Shown here: one piece after another, positions 9,435 through 15,721 of the stretch | Layout of the letters: each line of letters opens with the position of its first letter | Position numbering within the stretch: the first letter of the stretch is position 1 | Assembly: GCA_021811735.1 (NCBI GenBank) | Contig: JAJZNK010000025.1 | Location: 69,400-133,399, forward strand | DNA: 64,000 bases | Source of the DNA: Nanobdellota archaeon | Lineage (GTDB): Archaea > Nanobdellota > Nanobdellia > Parvarchaeales > Parvarchaeaceae | Reading direction: 5' to 3' | Position numbers and translations under genes: made by a program | The notes under the pieces: generated by a model | Told to the model about the DNA's origin: nothing | What the model saw: only the letters and a program-made list of their open reading frames with translations | Database searches by the model: none

Positions 9435-9488
9435 CCTCAGCTATAGAAAAGTATTTATACTTATAATTATATATAATTATTAGTAATT

Positions 9489-9710
9489 ATGGAAGAACAA
9501 AAATTTACAACAGTTTCAATACCAAAACCGTTAGCGGACAAGGTAAAAAAGTTTACAGAGAAAACAGGTTTTACTTCTCTTTCCAGTTTCGTTGAATATC
9601 TTCTGAGGGAGATAATATCCGAAAGTAAGGAAGAAAAAATTGGAAAAACAGAAAAAGACGAAAGAGTTCTTGATTTGGAGGACAAATTAAGAAGATTGGG
9701 GTATATGTAG
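9489..9710 (+). CDS. Ribbon-helix-helix (CopG/Arc-like) DNA-binding protein
   Basis: TTVSIPKPLADKVKKFTEKTGFTSLSSFVEYLLREII fits the RHH beta-strand + two-helix pattern. 73 aa; ends ...DKLRRLGYM. Confidence 0.6.
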   Translation: MEEQKFTTVSIPKPLADKVKKFTEKTGFTSLSSFVEYLLREIISESKEEKIGKTEKDERVLDLEDKLRRLGYM

Positions 9711-9719
9711 GAGGTAACA

Positions 9720-10550
9720 ATGGAAAATAAAGAATATTCGGTTAAAAAACAGAGGATAGAAGGAGGGCTGAGCTTAGCTACAAAGGAAGAAATCGCTTTG
9801 GCGGTCATAAAGGACGCATTGAAAAGATATACCAGGCCAACAGTAGTGTGGAGTGCTGGAAAGGACAGCACAGTTGTTTTGGATCTTGTTAAAAGGGCGT
9901 GTAAGGACCTTGGAATGCAACTTCCTCCTGCGCTTTTTATAGATCATGGGCAGCATTATGATGAAACGATGAAGATGCTTGAGGATATAAGCAAGGAATG
10001 GGGCTTCAAAGTGATATATGCAAAAAACGAAGACGTACTGAAAAATGTTGGTAAAAATAACAAGATAAAGTTCAGTGATATGAACAAGTTAAACCAAGAC
10101 GAAGCAAGAAGGATAGGTTTCGATGGGGACGAATTTGAATATAGCCTTGAGACTGAGGTTGGAAATCATCTGTTGAAAACCGTCGCAATGAATCTTTTTG
10201 TAGAAAAGTACAGGTTTGACGCTCTTTTCACTGGTGTAAGGTGGGATGAAAATGAGGCCAGGTCAATGGAGGTCTTCATAAGCCCAAGAAGCCATCCAGA
10301 TCACGTAAGAGTGCAGCCTATACTTCCCTTCACCGAAAGAAACGTATGGGAATACATGTTTAAGTACAATCTTCCAGTTCATCCACTCTATAAATTAGGA
10401 TACAGATCGATTGACGGAAAGCTTGATTCTAAAAAAACAAGTGATTTGCCTGCATGGGAACAGGATCTTGAGCACACGAAGGAGAGAGCAGGAAGATCAC
10501 AAGATAAAGAGGGAGTAATGGAAAAGCTAAGGCTTTTCGGTTACATGTAA
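9720..10550 (+). CDS. PAPS-reductase-family PP-loop ATP pyrophosphatase (CysH/DndC-like fold) lacking the C-terminal catalytic Cys
   Basis: PP-loop VVWSAGKDSTVVLDLV; FTGVRWDENEARS; ILPFTERNVWEYMFKYNLPVHPLYKLGYRSIDG (CysH-like W...Y...GY.SIG); ERAGR. No ECGLH-type Cys; ends ...EKLRLFGYM. An RBS-like GGAGGT precedes it, 9 nt after the RHH stop. Confidence 0.65.
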   Translation: MENKEYSVKKQRIEGGLSLATKEEIALAVIKDALKRYTRPTVVWSAGKDSTVVLDLVKRACKDLGMQLPPALFIDHGQHYDETMKMLEDISKEWGFKVIYAKNEDVLKNVGKNNKIKFSDMNKLNQDEARRIGFDGDEFEYSLETEVGNHLLKTVAMNLFVEKYRFDALFTGVRWDENEARSMEVFISPRSHPDHVRVQPILPFTERNVWEYMFKYNLPVHPLYKLGYRSIDGKLDSKKTSDLPAWEQDLEHTKERAGRSQDKEGVMEKLRLFGYM

Positions 10551-10551
10551 A

Positions 10552-10950
10552 ATGGAAAAATTATTGGATATCTGCTTCGATAGTGAGATAGCATCTTCCT
10601 CAAAAAAGCATTACACTTACAACATATGCGACAATGGGAAAAGAATGGCTTTTTTCTATCCTCACTCATATGATAGAGGCTTCATAAATTCCGTGGACAG
10701 AATACTTTCAAAAATCTACAAGATGGAGAGAAGTCTATTCGGGCGCGTTAAAGCGGATGAATACTCTATAGTCGTGCCAGATGGGAAGAAGGCAGATGAG
10801 CTCTATGAATATATAAAAGACCTGAATTCGAAAATAATTACACATTATACAGAATCTGGGTTTATCGACACACCTTATCTTAGCAAAAGAAAGAGGGATA
10901 TACTGGAAAACAAACTCAGTATAGTGCTTACACCTTGTTGTAACAGATAA
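10552..10950 (+). CDS. Hypothetical protein, third gene of the RHH/PAPS-reductase-like operon
   Basis: 132 aa; starts 2 nt after the previous stop; no recognisable motif; C-terminal ...TPCCNR. Confidence 0.4.
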   Translation: MEKLLDICFDSEIASSSKKHYTYNICDNGKRMAFFYPHSYDRGFINSVDRILSKIYKMERSLFGRVKADEYSIVVPDGKKADELYEYIKDLNSKIITHYTESGFIDTPYLSKRKRDILENKLSIVLTPCCNR

Positions 10951-10991
10951 GTTTAAAATAAATAAAAAGCTCCTAATATAGATATGTCTAT

Positions 10992-11088
10992 GGCCTAGTA
11001 GCTTAGCCCGGTGGAGCACTGCTCTTATAAGAGTTTGCTCTAACATTAAGTAAAGCAGGGGTCGGGAGTCCAAATCTCCCCTAGGCCA
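10992..11088 (+). tRNA. tRNA-Ile (anticodon UAU) with a 23-nt intron after position 37
   Basis: Acceptor GGCCTAG/CTAGGCC (7 bp), D-arm GCTT..GAGC, anticodon stem CTGCT/AGCAG, loop CTTATA|intron AGAGTTTGCTCTAACATTAAGTA|A, T-arm GGGAG-TCCAAAT-CTCCC, discriminator A. Anticodon read as TAT. Folded by hand. Confidence 0.55.
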
Positions 11089-11150
11089 CTTTCTTCAGTA
11101 AGTTTTAAATACTGTGACTGACAAAAAAGGTTTTTGTAAAGGAGGTAATA

Positions 11151-11450
11151 ATGGAAAAAATATTTTTGGAAAGAATAATAGATACGATAAAATTATCGGA
11201 TTGCGGTGATTTTTCGAACAATTTGGCAGATTTGACAAATGCATACGAGAAACAAGATATTGCAAACGCAGTCAAAATAGCATACAATACTCTTAAGGAT
11301 ATGTCCGGCAAAGTGTTGACTTCTAGTAATCTAAAGACTGTGGCGGGAACTGCAAAAATAATAAATTACATAAATTTATACAACGAAGTCGGAACTTTTC
11401 TAAACCTTTACACCAATACTACGGCTGAAAAAACGGACAGACACGAATAA
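11151..11450 (+). CDS. Hypothetical protein
   Basis: 99-aa ORF preceded by AGGAGGT; no recognisable domain. Confidence 0.35.
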   Translation: MEKIFLERIIDTIKLSDCGDFSNNLADLTNAYEKQDIANAVKIAYNTLKDMSGKVLTSSNLKTVAGTAKIINYINLYNEVGTFLNLYTNTTAEKTDRHE

Positions 11451-11472
11451 AACCGTTTTTAATGAAACGATA
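11436..11472 (+). terminator. Hairpin AAAACGG-N16-CCGTTTT followed by a T-run after the 99-aa ORF
   Basis: Read directly: 7-bp stem, then TTTTT. Confidence 0.25.
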
Positions 11473-11622
11473 AAGTCTATTTCCCAAAAAAGATAGCTTT
11501 ATAAACAGACCGTTTCTTATAATAAAATAGAGGAATGAATGTCAGGATGTTCTATTGAGAGTTTGTTTTGTTTTTAAATAATCTCTTGTGGAAATTCTAA
11601 ACTTCATTCTTAAAGGAGGAAT

Positions 11623-11760
11623 ATGGCAAAATTCGAAAGAAGAATGTATAAAGCTGTATGCTCTGATTGTGGGAAAGAAACGGAAGTTCCTTTTCAGCCA
11701 CAGGACGGCAGACCAGTTTACTGTAGAGAATGCTATAGCAAGAGAAAGGGAACTCAGTAA
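11623..11760 (+). CDS. Small zinc-ribbon protein (CxxC-x17-CxxC), 45 aa; absent from the ORF track because it is under 60 aa
   Basis: ATG at 11623 preceded by AGGAGGAAT; MAKFERRMYKAVCSDCGKETEVPFQPQDGRPVYCRECYSKRKGTQ*; two CxxC pairs. Confidence 0.5.
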   Translation: MAKFERRMYKAVCSDCGKETEVPFQPQDGRPVYCRECYSKRKGTQ

Positions 11761-11807
11761 TTCCTAATTTTAGCTAAGTAACTCAAAAATTTATTTTTTT
11801 TATTATT

Positions 11808-13238
11808 TTAATCTTCAAGTGTTCTCAATTGCGGGAACGGTATAACTTCTTTTATGCTTTTGGAGTCTGTCCCAAGCATTTGCAAACGATCTATCCCTAT
11901 TCCGACTCCTCCTGCCGGTGGCATTCCATATCCCATCGCTTCTATAAAATCTTTATCAAACTCCTGTGTTTCATCTATTCCTCTATTTTTCCTTTTTGCT
12001 TCTTCTTCAAACCTGTTTATCTGATCTATAGGATCATTCAGCTCAGAAAAAGCGTTTGCTATCTCCATACCGGCTATGTAAAGCTCAAATCTGTAAACAA
12101 ATCTTGGATCATCTTCCATCTTTTTAGCCAATGGTGACACCTCAATAGGATATCTGGTCACAAAGACCGGGTCTACGATATGATCAGAGACTTCAGCCTC
12201 AAATATTGTATTGATTGCCTCCCCGTATGAACTTACTTTGCTGTCAAGCTGTTTTCCACGTTTTATTATCTCCTCTTCACTCGTCAGCTTAGTTTTCTCC
12301 TTTACCATCTCTTCCATAGTCCTTATCTTTGGCTTTGATAAGTCTATAATCTTTTCCCCAAATTTTATCTTATAAGTGCCGTTTGCAGCGAAAATCGATT
12401 CCTTCACTATCTCTTCCGTAAGCTCAAGCATACTACTCAGGTCTGCGTAGGCCTGGTAAGCCTCAAGCATAATGAATTCTGGGTTGTGTCGCGTATCTAC
12501 ACCTTCATTCCTAAAGTTCTTGCTTATATCAAAGACTTTTTCAAATCCTCCTACAAGGAGTCTTTTAAGATATAGCTCCGAAGCTATCTTAAGGTAAAAA
12601 TCTCTGTCAAGCGAATTGTAATGAGTTATAAACGGTTTTGCATTTGCCCCGCCAGGTATTGCTTGGAGTATAGGGACAATGACTTCTGTGTAACCTTTGT
12701 TTTTAAGGATATCCCTGATCTTTGAGACCATTACGCTGCCCTTTTTTATCTTTTCCAGAGAATCCCTATTTATTATAAAGTCTAGATATCTCTTTCTGTA
12801 TCTTTTCTCCGTGTCCTCAAGTCCATACCATTTTGGTGGAAGTGGCAGCAATGATTTACCGAGTAATGCAATCTTTTTGGCATCGATAGATATTTCGTTT
12901 GTCTTGGTTTTTATCACAGTACCCTCAACACCGATAATGTCTCCGACGTCCAATAATTCTGCTATTTTAAGTGATTCCTTATCTGCATGTTTCTCGGAAA
13001 AATATACCTGTAGCGTGCCTTGTTCATCCTGTACATCTATGAATTTTATCGCTCCGTGGTCCCTTTTCGCCGTTATTCTGCCGGCAATCTTTTCATCTTT
13101 TCCTTCTAGTCTTGCGAAGTCCTTCTTTATTTTTAATGCATCGGACGTTTGGTCAAATCTGTTGCCATAAGGAGCTATTCCCTCCTTAATCAAACCGTTT
13201 AGCTTATCCAATCTTTCTTTGTCAAATTCAAATTCCAT
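11808..13238 (-). CDS. lysS: Lysyl-tRNA synthetase, class II
   Basis: OB anticodon-binding N-domain; class II motif 2 FRNEGVDTRHNPEFIMLEAYQAY; motif 3 GYGMPPAGGVGIGIDRLQMLGT; NRFD element. I chose the start at MEFEF (13238), which avoids overlap with the upstream gene. Confidence 0.85.
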   Translation of the reverse strand: MEFEFDKERLDKLNGLIKEGIAPYGNRFDQTSDALKIKKDFARLEGKDEKIAGRITAKRDHGAIKFIDVQDEQGTLQVYFSEKHADKESLKIAELLDVGDIIGVEGTVIKTKTNEISIDAKKIALLGKSLLPLPPKWYGLEDTEKRYRKRYLDFIINRDSLEKIKKGSVMVSKIRDILKNKGYTEVIVPILQAIPGGANAKPFITHYNSLDRDFYLKIASELYLKRLLVGGFEKVFDISKNFRNEGVDTRHNPEFIMLEAYQAYADLSSMLELTEEIVKESIFAANGTYKIKFGEKIIDLSKPKIRTMEEMVKEKTKLTSEEEIIKRGKQLDSKVSSYGEAINTIFEAEVSDHIVDPVFVTRYPIEVSPLAKKMEDDPRFVYRFELYIAGMEIANAFSELNDPIDQINRFEEEAKRKNRGIDETQEFDKDFIEAMGYGMPPAGGVGIGIDRLQMLGTDSKSIKEVIPFPQLRTLED

Positions 13239-14484
13239 GATATTGTATGAACAATGTAACCAAAACTGCAAGCCCTACTACTGTAGAATAGCCGAAGACC
13301 GCTTTTCTGGTATATTTATCCTTTGAAATTAATCCAATAAATCCTTTTTCTATTATCGCTGCAAACACAGATACTCCCATCAGCATAGCCGTATAGCTTG
13401 CACTTAATTGATGTCCCATATAAAGGGTTCCCAGTGCAAAAGTCGCACCCACTATATTCGCAAGTGCGGAAAGGAACATGTCAACTATAAGAAGGTTAGG
13501 GGCGACCGTCGCAATGATTCTAGAAACCGATATGACAACGAAAAACACCGCAGCAAACTCAAGAGTTTTCACCAATGGGAAAGGATTATCTGGTCTTTCC
13601 GCATGCGTGTTGATGTGTTTCTTCCCTATGAGGAACAATATCAGAAATCCTATCATCGAGACTGAAACCACAGGTAACATATAATAAACTATGCTTGAAG
13701 ATAGCGTTACTATATATATGACTAAAAGGGCCTGTATAAGAACCATAGGGATGTTGGCTGCAGAAACAATATTGTACACGACGGATTTCCCAAGTCTCCT
13801 AAATTTATTTCCTAAGCTTATAAGTGCAAAAGTTATCGTCGTCCCCGTTATAAGGCTACCTACTATAGTAGATAAGAGCAAGCCCGATTTAGACACCCTT
13901 AAGATGGCGTACTGTAAGAAAAATACTGTTCCCACAAGTGCCAATAGCAGCCAGAATTGGAAGGGGTTAAAGAAATTATACGGGCCCATATACGTATTAG
14001 GAAGTAGGGGCAATATTACAAAAGCTATTATCAGAAGGTTAATAGCGGCTATCATCTCACTTTTTTGTATCGAATTTATGAAGTATAGAAATTCCCGTTT
14101 GTAAAAGCTTATAGCAGTGATAAGTATTGTTATAACAATTGCATATTCATAATAGCCTAGGCCGACGAGCAGGCCAGCAAGAAACAATATCATAGAGCTT
14201 ATGTAAGTTGTCGCACCAGGATTCTTTGTTTTAATGCTCTTTTCTAGGTATATCGCAGTCGAAAACGTAATCATAACGGCAAAACCGACAATCAATATCG
14301 GTATATACGTGAAAATCCCGTAGAAAACAGCGAACAGATCTCCAAGTAGGGCTATAAATATCGAAGTCCTAAAACCCATGAATATTTTAACGCCTTTCTG
14401 CATTCTATATTCATTTTCTAGTCCAAAAATGGCGCCTAACGCTATTGAAAGAATTATGTACTCAAAATTCACGTCAAGATTCAT
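13228..14484 (-). CDS. MgtC/SapB-family + DUF4010 integral membrane protein
   Basis: N-terminal ALGAIFGLENEYRMQKGVKIFMGFRTSIFIALLG (MgtC signature), then about 10 TM helices. Confidence 0.5.
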   Translation of the reverse strand: MNLDVNFEYIILSIALGAIFGLENEYRMQKGVKIFMGFRTSIFIALLGDLFAVFYGIFTYIPILIVGFAVMITFSTAIYLEKSIKTKNPGATTYISSMILFLAGLLVGLGYYEYAIVITILITAISFYKREFLYFINSIQKSEMIAAINLLIIAFVILPLLPNTYMGPYNFFNPFQFWLLLALVGTVFFLQYAILRVSKSGLLLSTIVGSLITGTTITFALISLGNKFRRLGKSVVYNIVSAANIPMVLIQALLVIYIVTLSSSIVYYMLPVVSVSMIGFLILFLIGKKHINTHAERPDNPFPLVKTLEFAAVFFVVISVSRIIATVAPNLLIVDMFLSALANIVGATFALGTLYMGHQLSASYTAMLMGVSVFAAIIEKGFIGLISKDKYTRKAVFGYSTVVGLAVLVTLFIQYHGI

Positions 14485-14522
14485 TATTATTCTAAAAGAT
14501 GTAAATTAATAAAGGTTATTTA

Positions 14523-15653
14523 TCACCGTTCATACAGTCTTATAAATTCGTCCGCAGCCTTTTCCCAACTAACCTTACTTAATTCTTCGTATGCGTGAGT
14601 GGATAGCTCTTCCTTTATCCCGCCATATTTCAGTATACCGATGATCATGTCTGCCATTTGGTGTATATCCCAAAAATCCACTTTTAGAGTGTTTTTTATG
14701 ACTTCTGAAACTCCAGATTGCGAAGAGATGATTGTCGGTACTCTAGCAGACATCGCTTCCAGCGCCACTATTCCGAAAGGCTCAGAAACAGACGGCATAA
14801 CGAATACCTTTGCGATGGAGTAAAGTCTCTCCACTTCTTTTTCCGGTGCTCTGCCGAGAAAGATTACCTTATCTGCAAGTTCAAGATTTATTGAGAGGTC
14901 TATGAGGTTTTTCATCTCTGAACCCTCACCGACTACGTATAAAACTGCGCCCTTGTCCTTTTCTGAAACCAGTTTGAACGCCTTTATCAGATTATCAATA
15001 CCTTTTTGTACAGACAGTCTTCCAATATACAGTACAACTTTTCTTTCTATGTTTTTTTTCTTCACAGAAGCCCCATCCTCCCTGTTTATAGCATTATAAA
15101 TAACGTTTATCTTTTTTTCATCAGTTCCGTAAATCTCCATTATCTCGGATTTTAGTCTGTTGCTAACTGTCACTACCCTATCTGCTCTATCTATCAGTCT
15201 TTTTTCTTCCTCCGATATCCTTTTCCACGGTTTTCCAGCGGTTCTGTCATATTCTGTGCTGTGTATTGTAGCTATCAGTTTCTTTCCGGTTCGGTTTTTT
15301 ATCTCTATTGCGGCTCCTCCAGTGACCCAGTCATTCGCGTGTATTACATCAAAATCAGTTTTGGATGAAAGTTCAATAGCTTTATTCTTGTATTCCTCAA
15401 CCTCGTTGAAGATATCTCTGTAAAGCACATCATTTTTATTATCTGCAGCCTCGCTTAAATTGTAAACACTGCTAGCTCTTGATTCAAACGTAAGGAACTC
15501 AACTCCTTCCATTTTCAAGTGATTTGTGAATGGCAATATTATACTTACCTGCACGCCCCTTTTTACAAGCGCCTTGATAATATTGTAAGAGTGAGTTCCT
15601 AGACCCCCTACCGAACGTGGAGGAAATTCCCAACCTAAGAATAAAACTTTCAT
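14523..15653 (-). CDS. Glycosyltransferase family 4 (GT-B fold)
   Basis: MKVLFLGWEFPPRSVGGLGTHSYNII N-terminus and a C-terminal EPFGIVALEAMS motif (the GT4 E-x7-E region). Confidence 0.75.
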   Translation of the reverse strand: MKVLFLGWEFPPRSVGGLGTHSYNIIKALVKRGVQVSIILPFTNHLKMEGVEFLTFESRASSVYNLSEAADNKNDVLYRDIFNEVEEYKNKAIELSSKTDFDVIHANDWVTGGAAIEIKNRTGKKLIATIHSTEYDRTAGKPWKRISEEEKRLIDRADRVVTVSNRLKSEIMEIYGTDEKKINVIYNAINREDGASVKKKNIERKVVLYIGRLSVQKGIDNLIKAFKLVSEKDKGAVLYVVGEGSEMKNLIDLSINLELADKVIFLGRAPEKEVERLYSIAKVFVMPSVSEPFGIVALEAMSARVPTIISSQSGVSEVIKNTLKVDFWDIHQMADMIIGILKYGGIKEELSTHAYEELSKVSWEKAADEFIRLYER

Positions 15654-15721
15654 GGTTTTTATCTTACATTGTATAATTATAAGTGTAATATGTTTTTTAT
15701 TCCTTAAATACTAAGTATCTA

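Larger units (their letters stand above)
6426..9447. mobile_element. ~3.0-kb cargo-bearing insertion bounded by 13-bp direct repeats (GCCTCAGCTATAG at 6426-6438 and 9435-9447) and perfect 15-bp terminal inverted repeats (CTTTGCTAACAAAGT at 6440-6454; ACTTTGTTAGCAAAG at 9420-9434)
   Basis: Read directly from the sequence. The left junction is DR+IR and the right junction is IR'+DR. Subterminal ACTTTATTAGCAA repeats sit at both ends. Cargo: DUF3800, a truncated IS5-type transposase, an HNH fragment, a frameshifted vsr and a 177-aa orphan. Confidence 0.55.

Noticed and set aside
12697-13170. 157-aa ORF antisense to lysS
   Set aside because: Nested antisense ORF with no motif; lysS on the other strand is unambiguous.
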